50,515 nt of DNA from an uncultured Actinomycetota bacterium (GTDB taxonomy: Bacteria; Actinomycetota; Nitriliruptoria; Nitriliruptorales; JAHWKO01): the NCBI GenBank assembly GCA_964537235.1, contig CAZHZQ010000001.1, forward strand, positions 1 through 50,515. Direction: 5' to 3'. The number at the start of each line of letters is the position of its first letter. Positions within the stretch are counted from its first letter, which is position 1. Under the pieces are notes generated by a model. It had not been told where the DNA came from, searched no databases, and saw only the letters and a list, made by a program, of their open reading frames with translations. Position numbers and translations under genes: made by a program. Positions 1-9,120 of the stretch are shown one piece after another.

Positions 1-2
1 AG

Positions 3-2114
3 CAAGACTGGCTGAAGACGAACAGAGAGAGTTTCACACGCATGCTGCAGGGGCAGCGTGATCTCAGCTCGGTCTCGAGCACGATCCTCTCGGAACTCGC
101 GCCTCTCGTGTCTGCCCAGCATGGTGTCTTCTACGCGATGACGGGATCCAGCGAAGCGACCGATCCCGTGCTCTCCTTGCAGGCGGGATACGGCTACGAA
201 GAGCGCCGGCAGCTGTCGACCTCGTTCCGCCTGGGAGAGGGTCTGGTCGGGCAGTGCGCGAAGGAGAAGAAGCGGATCCTGCTCACCGAGGTTCCCGGCG
301 ACTACGTGCGGATCAACTCGGGACTTGGCGCGTCGCCTCCGCTCAACATCGTCGTGCTGCCGATCATGTTCGAGGGGTCGGTGCGCGCCGTGATCGAGCT
401 CGCCTCTGTCAACGCCTTCACCGAGACACACCTGACCTTCCTCGATCAGTTGACGGAGAACATCGGACTCGTCCTGAACTCGCTCGAGGCCAACGCCCAG
501 ACGGAGACGCTGCTCGGACAGGCCCAGTCGCTGGCAGAGGAACTGCAAACCCAGCAGGAAGAGCTACGCGCATCGAACGAAGACCTCGGAGAACAGGCGG
601 AACTGCTCGCCGAGCAGAACATCCAGGCGGAGCAACGCAACCGCGACGCTGAGAAGTCCAAGCAACTGCTCGAGGAGAAAGCCGGTCAGCTCACGCTCTC
701 GTCGAAGTACAAGTCCGAGTTCATCGCCAACATGTCCCACGAGCTGCGTACCCCGCTGAACAGCCTGCTGATGCTCGCCGAGCAGCTCGAGGACAATCCC
801 GACGGCAACATGACGGATGCTCAGGTGCAGTACGCCAGCGTCATCCGTTCGTCGGGCCAGGACCTGCTGTCTCTGCTCAACGGCATCCTCGACCTGGCGA
901 AGGTCGAGTCCGGAACGGTCGTCGCGAAGTTCGCCGAGGTTTCCGTCGAGGCGCTCTGCGATGCGCTGCGCAAGGAGTTCGAGCCCGTGGCGACCGCTCA
1001 GGATCTCGAGTTCTCCATCGTGGTCGATCCGGACGCACCGAAGACGTTCGTCACCGATCTGCAGCGCCTGCGGCAGATCCTGAAGAACCTCCTCTCGAAC
1101 GCGTTCAAGTTCACCGCTCACGGCGGGGTGACGGTGAGCATCGGATCGCCGGACAACGGATGGAGCTCTGAGAACGACTCACTGGAGCAGGCATCCGCTG
1201 TCGTGGCGTTCACCGTCAGCGACACCGGCATCGGGATCGAGCCCGAGGACCAGAACCGGATCTTCGAGGAGTTCGCACAGGGTGACGGCTCCACAGGCCG
1301 CTCCTACGGAGGCACCGGCCTCGGCCTCACGATCAGCCGCAACCTGGCACAACTGCTCCACGGCGAGATCACGGTGGCCAGCACCCCTGGTGAGGGAAGC
1401 GCGTTCACCGTCTTCCTGCCCTGGCAAGAGCCAACAGCGCAAGCACAGCCGGTCGAGCCTCGATCCGCGACGATGACCGAGAGACCCACCTCCACGACCG
1501 TGGCGAATGGATCGGCCCCGGCGACAGTGGCGGGGGAACCCAACCCCGCGACCGTGGAGCAGAGATCCGCCCCGGCCACCGTGACGGAGGAGTCCCCCCT
1601 CGCGCCGGACCCTGGAGGTTCGCCCGTTGATCTTCCGGTCGTGGAACGAGAGGACGTGACGACGGATCTTCCACCGTCGCCCGATCCCGTGAACGCTGCG
1701 CGACGGGCTCCTGTCGATCTCGAGGGCACGCGCGTGCTCGTCGTCGACGACGACTTCCGCAACCTCTTCGCGTTGACCGCCCTGCTCGAGCGCTCTCGGG
1801 CGAACGTCCTGACGGCGGAGAGCGGCAACGACGCACTTGCCCTGCTCGTCGACGGCGGCGGGGCCGTCGACATCGTCCTCATGGACATCATGATGCCGGT
1901 CATGGACGGCTACGAGACGATCCGTGCGATCCGCAGCCTCGATGGTTTGGGAGACCTGCCGATCATCGCGGTGACCGGCAAGGTCGTCAGCGGCGAGCGC
2001 GAGCGCTGCATCGCGGCCGGAGCGAACGACTACGTCCCCAAGCCGGTCGACACGAACGAGCTCATGACGGCGCTCGAGCCGTGGCTCGTACGTGCGGCAC
2101 GTCCACCCCGATGA
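3..2114 (+). CDS. Hybrid sensor histidine kinase (GAF - coiled coil - HisKA - HATPase_c - receiver), 5'-truncated by the window edge
   Basis: The frame is open from base 3 ([13 protein letters not shown] precedes the ATG at 42). H-box [10 protein letters not shown]2 box GTGLGL, C-terminal receiver VLVVDDD...[11 protein letters not shown]...VPKP. Stop TGA at 2112-2114. Confidence 0.9.
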   Translation, partial: QDWLKTNRESFTRMLQGQRDLSSVSSTILSELAPLVSAQHGVFYAMTGSSEATDPVLSLQAGYGYEERRQLSTSFRLGEGLVGQCAKEKKRILLTEVPGDYVRINSGLGASPPLNIVVLPIMFEGSVRAVIELASVNAFTETHLTFLDQLTENIGLVLNSLEANAQTETLLGQAQSLAEELQTQQEELRASNEDLGEQAELLAEQNIQAEQRNRDAEKSKQLLEEKAGQLTLSSKYKSEFIANMSHELRTPLNSLLMLAEQLEDNPDGNMTDAQVQYASVIRSSGQDLLSLLNGILDLAKVESGTVVAKFAEVSVEALCDALRKEFEPVATAQDLEFSIVVDPDAPKTFVTDLQRLRQILKNLLSNAFKFTAHGGVTVSIGSPDNGWSSENDSLEQASAVVAFTVSDTGIGIEPEDQNRIFEEFAQGDGSTGRSYGGTGLGLTISRNLAQLLHGEITVASTPGEGSAFTVFLPWQEPTAQAQPVEPRSATMTERPTSTTVANGSAPATVAGEPNPATVEQRSAPATVTEESPLAPDPGGSPVDLPVVEREDVTTDLPPSPDPVNAARRAPVDLEGTRVLVVDDDFRNLFALTALLERSRANVLTAESGNDALALLVDGGGAVDIVLMDIMMPVMDGYETIRAIRSLDGLGDLPIIAVTGKVVSGERERCIAAGANDYVPKPVDTNELMTALEPWLVRAARPPR

Positions 2115-4975
2115 TCGACGTCGAAGAGCTCGCCACGGACGGTGCGGCCAGGCCGCCGCCGACGGTGCTGCGGTCGGCCCCTGTCCTCATCGTCGACGAC
2201 ACCCCGTCGAAGCGGATCGCGATGAAGGCCGCGCTCGCGCCGCTGGGCCACCGCATCGTCGAGGCGGACTCCGGTATCGCGGCACTGCGCCGCATCATGG
2301 AGGAGGACTTCGCGGTGATCCTGCTCGACGTCTCCATGCCGGACATGGACGGCTTCGAGACGGCCACGCTCATCCGGGAGCGGTGGCAGTCCGCGATGAC
2401 CCCGATCATCTTCGTCACCGCGTTCAGCAGCGACGAGGTCGGGCAGACGGACCATTACGCGGGAGGTGCTGTCGACTTCCTCTTCGCTCCGGTCCCACCG
2501 GCAGAGCTCCGCTCGAAGGTCTCTTTCTTCGCCCACGTCTTCCTGAACGCGGAGAACCTCGCTGCGCGGTCGAGGGGCGTCCAAGAAACCGCGGATCAGC
2601 TGAGATCCCTCACCGATGCCGCGCCCATCGGCATATTCCAGACCGACGCCGACAACCGTTACGTCTACACCAACGCCCGCTGGAGCGAGATCACGGGGAT
2701 CACGGCTGACGAGGCCGTCGGCCGCGACTGGGACTCGATCGTCGATGCCGAATGGCGGGCGGAACACGAGGCGGCGCTGGCTGACAGTGCCGCGCTCCGG
2801 TACAGGTTCACGATCGACCGGGTCGACTCCGACCCCCGTGTGGTTTTCGCGACGACGCAGGCCATGCATGACGGTGACGGTGGGCGCTCGGGCTGGGTGG
2901 GCACCCTCGCCGATGTCACCGCCGAGCGGAAGGCACAGGCCGCCCAACGTTTCCAGGCCCAGCTGCTCGGCGCGGTCGGCGAGGCGGTGATCGCCACCGA
3001 CCTCGACGGGACCGTCCGGTACTGGAACGAGGCTGCCGAACAGCTCTACGGCTGGTCAGCGAACGAGGTGCTCGGCCGCCCGATCACGGACGTCACCTTC
3101 CCCACTGACATGACGGGCGACGCTGACGAGGTCATGGCGGCGGTCACCGCGGACAAGACGTTGTCGGGGCAGTTCAGCGTCCAACGCCGCGACGGCACGA
3201 CGTTCACAGCGCTGGTGACGAACTCGCCGATCTGGGACGAGGAGTCGGGTGACCTGAGCGGCATCATCGGCGTCTCGGCGGACATCACGGACCTGACGTC
3301 CGCGCAGGAGCTGCTCGCCCGGACCGCCGCCCAGCAGACCGCTGTCGCAGAACTCGGTCGCTACGCGCTCGCGGCAGACGACATCACATCGGTGGCCAGA
3401 GCCGCCGAGACCACGATCACCGACATCCTCGGACCGCAGGAGTGGCATGCCCGCGTGGTCTGGCCGGACGAGCCGGATCCTGCACCGGCGGACCAGGGGA
3501 CCGGCACGGTCGTCCGTGTCGATGTCGGCGAGTCGGCGACGATCTCCGTCTGGAGCGACAACGGGTCACCACTCTCCCCACACGGCCGCCAGTTCATCGG
3601 TGACGTCGCCAACCACCTCGACTCCATGCTCCGACGCGCCGGCGCGAACGTCGAGTTCGAGCATCTGGCCACACACGACCCGCTCACCGCACTTCCCAAC
3701 CGGACGCTGTTCCTCGACCGCCTCCACCAGGTGAAGCTCGCGTCCGAGCGAACAGGTCACCGACACGCGGTGCTCTTCCTCGACCTCGACCGGTTCAAGT
3801 TCGTCAACGACGGCCTCGGCCACGACGTCGGCGACCAGTTGCTGCTGGCGGTGGTCGATCGGCTCCGCAGCGTCATGCGTACGTCCGACACCTTGGCACG
3901 CTTCGGTGGAGACGAGTTCGCCGTACTCAGCCCCAACATCGGCGACGAGCGAACGGCCTTGGCGGTCGGGGCGCGCATCCAGACCGCCCTCGACACTCCC
4001 TTCCAGCTGAAGTCGGTGGAACTGATGGCCACCGCCAGCATCGGGATCGCCATCGGCGACGCCGATACGGACGGGGCCGACCTGCTGCGCGACGCAGATG
4101 CCGCGATGTACCGCGCCAAGGACAAGGGACGCAACCGGGTCGCGCTCTTCGACGAAGACATGCAACGCAATGCTCAAGACCACCTGGACCGCGCCGCAGC
4201 GCTGCGTGGAGCTCTCGGCAACCACGAGATCGAGGCCCACTACCAACCCATCGTCGAACTGGACACGGGCCGGGTTGTCGGGGTCGAAGCCCTCGCCAGA
4301 TGGCGGCGTCAGTCCGGTGAGATGGTCTCCCCTGACGACTTCATCGGTCTGGCGGAGGAGATCGGCCTGATCGAACCGCTCGGTGAGCACATCCTCCGGA
4401 CCGCCTGCCGGGATGCCCTCGCTTGGAGCCGGTCGAGCCCTGAACCGTTCATGCTGTCCGTCAACGTCTCGCCGCGGCAGTTCGCGTCTGGCGACCTCAC
4501 GAACATGGTTCTCACGGCCCTGGCAGACACCGGCTTCGACGCCGCATGCCTCCACCTCGAGATCACCGAGTCCGCCCTGATGAACGAGCCCTCCGTCCAG
4601 ACCACCATCGGCGAGCTCCGCAAGCACGGGATCAAGTTCGCGATCGACGACTTCGGAACGGGTTACTCGTCACTCGCCAGCCTGCGGGAGCTGCCCGTGG
4701 ACATCCTCAAGATCGACCGGAGCTTCGTCAAGGGGATCACGACGAACCCGCAGGATCGCGCACTGATCACCGCAGCGGTCGACCTCGCCCGAAGCTTCGG
4801 CCTGACCACCATCGCCGAAGGGATCGAGAACCACGAGCAGCTCCGAGAGCTCACGGCGCTCGATTGCGATCTCGCGCAGGGATACCTGTGGAGCCGACCC
4901 GTCGAGGCGGAGGAAGTTGCCGAGGTCATGGAGCACGTCGGCGAGGTCACACACGACCGTCTCGTCCTCGTGTAG
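2111..4975 (+). CDS. Receiver-PAS-PAS-(GAF-like)-GGDEF-EAL c-di-GMP turnover protein
   Basis: ATG 2111 overlaps the upstream TGA (ATGA). REC motif [14 protein letters not shown]-like repeats, RFGGDEF, EAL (VEALARW) and [10 protein letters not shown]. The track ORF start at 2081 lies inside the upstream gene. Confidence 0.9.
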   Translation: MIDVEELATDGAARPPPTVLRSAPVLIVDDTPSKRIAMKAALAPLGHRIVEADSGIAALRRIMEEDFAVILLDVSMPDMDGFETATLIRERWQSAMTPIIFVTAFSSDEVGQTDHYAGGAVDFLFAPVPPAELRSKVSFFAHVFLNAENLAARSRGVQETADQLRSLTDAAPIGIFQTDADNRYVYTNARWSEITGITADEAVGRDWDSIVDAEWRAEHEAALADSAALRYRFTIDRVDSDPRVVFATTQAMHDGDGGRSGWVGTLADVTAERKAQAAQRFQAQLLGAVGEAVIATDLDGTVRYWNEAAEQLYGWSANEVLGRPITDVTFPTDMTGDADEVMAAVTADKTLSGQFSVQRRDGTTFTALVTNSPIWDEESGDLSGIIGVSADITDLTSAQELLARTAAQQTAVAELGRYALAADDITSVARAAETTITDILGPQEWHARVVWPDEPDPAPADQGTGTVVRVDVGESATISVWSDNGSPLSPHGRQFIGDVANHLDSMLRRAGANVEFEHLATHDPLTALPNRTLFLDRLHQVKLASERTGHRHAVLFLDLDRFKFVNDGLGHDVGDQLLLAVVDRLRSVMRTSDTLARFGGDEFAVLSPNIGDERTALAVGARIQTALDTPFQLKSVELMATASIGIAIGDADTDGADLLRDADAAMYRAKDKGRNRVALFDEDMQRNAQDHLDRAAALRGALGNHEIEAHYQPIVELDTGRVVGVEALARWRRQSGEMVSPDDFIGLAEEIGLIEPLGEHILRTACRDALAWSRSSPEPFMLSVNVSPRQFASGDLTNMVLTALADTGFDAACLHLEITESALMNEPSVQTTIGELRKHGIKFAIDDFGTGYSSLASLRELPVDILKIDRSFVKGITTNPQDRALITAAVDLARSFGLTTIAEGIENHEQLRELTALDCDLAQGYLWSRPVEAEEVAEVMEHVGEVTHDRLVLV

Positions 4976-5011
4976 CACTGATGCGGACCACAAACGGCTT
5001 GTCGTTGATGT

Positions 5012-5842
5012 TCAGCTGGCGAAGTAGTCGGTCATCGTCTTGACGTAGTCATCGGGATGGGTGAGGTAGGGGAGGTGGCCGGCTCCGGCGAAGGTGTGCC
5101 AGTGGGCGTCGGGAAGTGAGGCGGCGAGAGAGGCGAGGATCGCAGCGAACATGGGTGGGCTGGCGTCGCCATCGGTCAGCAGGAGGGGCATCGGGATTGA
5201 AGCCAGTGTGCTGACATCTATCGCGAGCGCTTCGGGGTCGCCGAGCTCCCCGAGGAGGGTCGGTCCATGGGCCGTGACGTTGTCTTGAATCTCGGGCGGG
5301 AGGCGTTCCCACCAGCCCGGTCCGAGCGTGACCTCTTCGATGAACAGCTCGACACCACCGGCGTTGTCACCGGATTCGAGGCGTTGGCGAACGGCCTCGA
5401 ACGACGCAGTGGTCTGGTCGTAGATGCTGGCGTGTTCCGGTTGACCGTCGAGGACAGAGAGAAGAGGGGGTTCGTGTCCGGCGACCCGCCGAACGAGGTC
5501 GGGGCGTTCGATGGCGAGGCGGAGCGCGACGTTGGTCCCGTAGGAGGTGCTGCACACGTGTGCTGGCCCGAGGTCGAGCTCCTCGATCAAGGCGGCCAGG
5601 TCGGAGGCGTCGTCGTGAACGGTGCCCTCAGCGGGCGGCCCGCCGCTCCGGCCGTGCCCGCGCCGGTCGTAGGTCACGACACGGAACGTTTCAGCAAGGC
5701 CGGGCGCGACGAAGCGCCACGCCGTGGATTCGGCCAAAGAGCCGTGCACGAGGACCAAAGGATCTCCAGCACCCGAGATGTCGTAGTGCAAGTTCGGCCG
5801 GTCCGGTCGTGTGATCGTGGCCACAACTTCCCCTTCGGTCAC
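5012..5842 (-). CDS. Alpha/beta-fold hydrolase
   Basis: LVLVHGS oxyanion region, nucleophile elbow STSYG, C-terminal GAGHLPYLTHP. GTG start at 5842. Confidence 0.85.
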   Translation of the reverse strand: MTEGEVVATITRPDRPNLHYDISGAGDPLVLVHGSLAESTAWRFVAPGLAETFRVVTYDRRGHGRSGGPPAEGTVHDDASDLAALIEELDLGPAHVCSTSYGTNVALRLAIERPDLVRRVAGHEPPLLSVLDGQPEHASIYDQTTASFEAVRQRLESGDNAGGVELFIEEVTLGPGWWERLPPEIQDNVTAHGPTLLGELGDPEALAIDVSTLASIPMPLLLTDGDASPPMFAAILASLAASLPDAHWHTFAGAGHLPYLTHPDDYVKTMTDYFAS

Positions 5843-5885
5843 ACCGATGGTCTGAGCCGGAGCAGGAACGCGCCACTGCTAGACC

Positions 5886-5930
5886 CGGTGGGCGCGGACG
5901 GTTTCGAACCGCCGGCCTCCGCCTTGTAAA
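5886..5930. repeat. Distal att site (attL/attR copy): displaced 3' part of tRNA-Val, a 45-bp perfect direct repeat of 13800-13844
   Basis: cggtgggcgcggacggtttcgaaccgccggcctccgccttgtaaa is identical at both positions. It covers the tRNA from the anticodon loop to the 3' end. Confidence 0.88.
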
Positions 5931-6051
5931 AACGGATAAGGGGGATACAAGCTGTTCCCGTGTTCCCCCAGATGTTCCGTTGTCAGAGAGCTAGACGGGG
6001 GTAGGAGGCTGTCTCGGGGGAGCGGGGCTTCCTAGCTGTTCCCGCCCTTTC

Positions 6052-6091
6052 CGGACGGCTCACGGACAAACGACGGACAGATGCGGACAGA
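6052..6091 (+). repeat. Phased CGGAC(A) repeats (putative integrase arm-type sites, distal arm)
   Basis: CGGAC cores at 6052, 6063, 6074 and 6085, exactly 11 bp apart. The same GACGGACAAA unit occurs twice at 13713-13733. Confidence 0.5.
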
Positions 6092-6095
6092 ATGG

Positions 6096-6302
6096 TCACT
6101 CACCCCCGAGCCGATCCGCAAGCCCGCTATAGAGGTAGACCCCGGCGAAAAACCCACCTATGCCGAACGGCCCGACTATCAAGAGACCGACGACGCCTCC
6201 GAGCCCCGGTCCCGTCGGGGTCGCCCCGCCGAGTTCCACGAGCATCGCTCCTAGCCAAATCCCCACAATGCTCCCGGCGACACCAAACAGAATTACCAAC
6301 AC
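6096..6302 (-). CDS. Small Gly-rich two-TM membrane protein (68 aa), unknown function
   Basis: Hydrophobic, glycine-zipper-like sequence (GVAGSIVGIWLGAML...GLLIVGPFGIGGFFAGVYL). GTG start directly after AGGGGAAC. High GC3. Confidence 0.55.
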   Translation of the reverse strand: MLVILFGVAGSIVGIWLGAMLVELGGATPTGPGLGGVVGLLIVGPFGIGGFFAGVYLYSGLADRLGGE

Positions 6303-6463
6303 GTTCCCCTATCCCGACCTAGCTTCGACCGTAGGGGGGAGGTCTACCCAAACATGGCGCGGCTCTTGACTCTTGCCTCCCGCGCTGCCCGGCTGGGTGT
6401 GCCGGGGGAGTGCGCGGAGCGAAGCGGAGCGCCTATGGAAAGGGCAGCCTCTCAGCTACTCCC

Positions 6464-6628
6464 TCAGCTACTCCCGTGGCTCAGCATGGCGCGGAGGTCC
6501 CGGTAGATATGTGTTGCTAGGTCCCACATGGCCCCCAGGTAGCCCCGCAGCGCCTTGCCCCAGAGGTACGCGAGGGCTCCGACCCACAGGGCGATGAAGG
6601 CGTAAAGGAGGAAGGCCGATCCGCTCAT
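6464..6628 (-). CDS. Small single-TM membrane protein (54 aa), unknown function
   Basis: MSGSAFLLYAFIALWVGALAYLWGKAL... has one clear TM and high GC3. The start is uncertain (ATG 6628 vs ATG 6661). Confidence 0.45.
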   Translation of the reverse strand: MSGSAFLLYAFIALWVGALAYLWGKALRGYLGAMWDLATHIYRDLRAMLSHGSS

Positions 6629-6697
6629 GGGGTGGTCCCTGGTTGGGGTAGCACCGTACATATGTTCGGGTCACGGGGGAAGGAGGAACCCAACTTG

Positions 6698-7108
6698 TTA
6701 CCCATCCACTACCCCACGGCGGATCGCATCAGCACATACCGGGGCGTCATGGTCGGCGGGATCGAGACATGCCGCGATGAGGTCAACACGGCCCACGTGT
6801 TCAGGTCCAGCCACCCCCATGGCGGCCGGGTGACGACGCAGGGCCTCTAGCCATTGCTGGGAGGTTCGGCAGGACGTGAGCGTCGTTCGGATGAGTGGGT
6901 TAGCCCGGGACGGGTCTGTCTCGGCTGCCGCTGCTCGCATGTCGGAGAGGCAGGCAGCGGACGGCTGGGTGGTGGTCTGTTCCTCGTCGTCGCCCCCCAG
7001 CAAGGCACCGACCCCGGCGAGCCCCAGGACCCCTACGAGGATTATGGCGGGGAGCTTCCACCACCGTCCGTCGTTCGAGTCCCGTCCTGGCTCAGGTTGG
7101 TCATCCAT
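6698..7108 (-). CDS. N-terminally membrane-anchored protein with a 4-Cys extracytoplasmic domain (136 aa), unknown function
   Basis: WWKLPAIILVGVLGLAGVGALLGG is a TM segment, followed by a soluble domain with four cysteines. ATG 7108 is preceded by GGGGAG. Confidence 0.6.
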   Translation of the reverse strand: MDDQPEPGRDSNDGRWWKLPAIILVGVLGLAGVGALLGGDDEEQTTTQPSAACLSDMRAAAAETDPSRANPLIRTTLTSCRTSQQWLEALRRHPAAMGVAGPEHVGRVDLIAACLDPADHDAPVCADAIRRGVVDG

Positions 7109-7493
7109 CCGGCTCCCCAGACGTTCCCCTTTCCCTGACCGTAGACGGGATGGTGGATCAGCTTCGCCCCATTCACCTATTCCACAGTTTCTCGGCAGGG
7201 GGACCTCACCTATATGACCACCCCTCAGGTTGAACCCGGCCTATAGTTGTGTGTACAACTATCTTCTGTGTGGAAGGTGACTCACTCTCGATCCTTCCTC
7301 GCTGCCGCCTTCCTTCCCTGACCACGACGGGGGCGACGGTCGGGGCGCGGGCAGGGTGCTGTTGAGACAGTCCTAAGACGGCCGGGGGGAGGTATGACTA
7401 TGGGGGCTGAGGTAGCTGTTCGATCCCCAGCCTGCCCCAGCCTTCCCCCCTGCCGCTTGCTCCACCCTCCGATCCTCCATCTTCACTCTGACC

Positions 7494-7522
7494 TTGCGAG
7501 GCTCTGACCAGGTGTGTAATAC
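7494..7522 (+). promoter_or_regulatory. Putative sigma-70-type promoter for the serine recombinase operon
   Basis: TTGCGA (7494-7499), a 17-nt spacer, then TAATAC (7517-7522), in an AT-richer stretch about 55 nt upstream of ATG 7578. Confidence 0.3.
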
Positions 7523-7577
7523 TTCTTTTAGTTACTATTACGCTCACGGTTGCAAGCAGCCGAACAGGAGGGCAGAG

Positions 7578-7793
7578 ATGAGGACGAGCGTCAGGGTTCA
7601 GGAGAAGGACTGGCGATCATTCGTCACGGTCGCGACCTACTCCCAACCGATGCAGGCTGAGGCGGATGCGTTCAAGCTGGTCCGCCAGGGCTACCACGTC
7701 GAGCTAGGGCACCACGGGACGCGGATGCGCGAGCCGGGACGGTCGAAGGTCTGGACGAACGCGGAGCATGACTGGAACGTGATTGACCGATGA
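7578..7793 (+). CDS. Small protein (71 aa), unknown function, first gene of the serine recombinase operon
   Basis: Strong AGGAGG 8 nt upstream of ATG 7578. Its stop overlaps the recombinase ATG (ATGA at 7790-7793). The track start at 7494 lacks an RBS. Confidence 0.5.
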   Translation: MRTSVRVQEKDWRSFVTVATYSQPMQAEADAFKLVRQGYHVELGHHGTRMREPGRSKVWTNAEHDWNVIDR

Positions 7794-8599
7794 GGTTGCT
7801 CGGATATCTGAGGGTCAGCACGAACGGGCAAGCGGACAACGGGACGAGCCTGCCCGGACAGCGGGAAGCGATCCAGACGTGGGCCAGGGAGAACGGCCAT
7901 GAGGTCGTCGGCTGGTACCAGGATGCAGGGGTATCGGGGGCGAAGGAGCTAGAGGACCGCGACGGGCTCGCGGACGCCTTCCACGACCTGAGACAGGGGG
8001 AAGCTCAGGGGCTGGTGGTGTACCGGCTGGACCGCCTGGCCCGTGACCTGATCGTGCAAGAGACACTGTTGGCTGAGCTATGGGGAATGCAGATCGGCTC
8101 GGTCCTGGACGACCGGGACGGGGCTGCCGTGTTCTCCACGATCCCCTCCGAGGGGGAGTACCTAACCCCTGACACGGACGATCCCTCACGGAAGCTCATC
8201 CGTCAGACGTTGGGGGCGGTAGCTGAGTACGAACGATCCATGATCGCGCTCCGCATGAAGGCAGGGCGGGACAGGAAGCGGAGGCAAGGTGGGTACGCGG
8301 GAGGACGCCCACCGTTCGGCTGGAAGGCTGAGGACGGGGAGCTAGTCCCGTGTCCGGATGAGCAAGAGACCGTCCAGCTTGCCCGTGAGCTACGTGAGGA
8401 CGGGATGAGCTACCGCCAGATCGCGGAGAGGCTGGTGGAGGAAGGTCACCCACCCCGAGCCGTCCGGGACGCTCAGCGGAAGGCTGAGCGGGGCGATGAG
8501 GACGTGGAGGTACCTATGGACTGGACCTGGCATCCGCCTCAGGTGAGCGCCCTCATGGACGACCCTGAGGTAGTGACCAGGACCGGGGCCGGGGAGTGA
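7790..8599 (+). CDS. Serine recombinase (resolvase/invertase catalytic domain plus C-terminal HTH-like region, 269 aa)
   Basis: N-terminus MRLLGYLRVSTNGQ (catalytic Ser), VVYRLDRLARD, AEYERSMIALRMKAGR, GGRPPFGW...MSYRQIAERL. Confidence 0.9.
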   Translation: MRLLGYLRVSTNGQADNGTSLPGQREAIQTWARENGHEVVGWYQDAGVSGAKELEDRDGLADAFHDLRQGEAQGLVVYRLDRLARDLIVQETLLAELWGMQIGSVLDDRDGAAVFSTIPSEGEYLTPDTDDPSRKLIRQTLGAVAEYERSMIALRMKAGRDRKRRQGGYAGGRPPFGWKAEDGELVPCPDEQETVQLARELREDGMSYRQIAERLVEEGHPPRAVRDAQRKAERGDEDVEVPMDWTWHPPQVSALMDDPEVVTRTGAGE

Positions 8600-8808
8600 G
8601 TGACGAGATGAGTGAGGACAACGGAACGACGGAAGGACCGAACATGGATCGCTGGGAACGTGACCACCGGAAGCTGCATCAGCTTCGCCGGGAGAGTGAG
8701 GCGCTGGGCGTGAAGGTGAGAGACGCTGACGCCATGAAGCTACAGAGGGAGGTTGGCTTTGAAGCTGACTACTCCCGGATCGTGGACGAGAGGGGTCATG
8801 GGGAATAG
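8596..8808 (+). CDS. Small charged protein (70 aa), unknown function
   Basis: GTG 8596 overlaps the recombinase TGA (GTGA). An alternative ATG lies at 8608. No recognisable motif. Confidence 0.4.
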   Translation: MSDEMSEDNGTTEGPNMDRWERDHRKLHQLRRESEALGVKVRDADAMKLQREVGFEADYSRIVDERGHGE

Positions 8809-9120
8809 TGGGATAGGGGTTATAGGGATGTTCGGGATGGGTAGTTGCCGGGGGCTACATCCCATCCATTCCGCAGCTACCTCCCACACATCCACGGTGG
8901 ACCCCCGTGTGAAATAGCGCGGGCTACTGGGAGGACGAGTAGTAGGGCGTGAGTGGCTGCATATAGCAATATCTGACAGTTCTAGACGGACGGTAGGGGT
9001 CGGTGGCCTTATACCCTCATGACATCCCTTGTCCTCCCTCTATATGCGGTGCCAGCCCCCTCTAGCTGCCTGTTTTTCTGAAAGTGGGGTTAGTGGCGCG
9101 TAGGTGGGGGACTATCACAA

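Noticed and set aside
1440-1700. The PATV/APATV short repeats in the kinase linker as an independent feature
   Set aside because: This is an in-frame low-complexity Pro/Ala/Thr linker between the HATPase and receiver domains, which is common in actinobacterial multidomain proteins. It is noted under the kinase finding only.
5886-5930. A possible tRNA pseudogene or second tRNA
   Set aside because: Only the 3' 45 nt of tRNA-Val is present, with no acceptor 5' strand or D arm. It is better explained as the displaced att copy of the integrated element.
7409-8883. The 10-bp inverted repeat GAGGTAGCTG (7409-7418) / CAGCTACCTC (8874-8883), tightly flanking the serine recombinase operon
   Set aside because: The match is only 10 bp and does not extend. 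The same 10-mer also occurs by chance inside hemE (30452-30461), so it is not statistically meaningful on its own.
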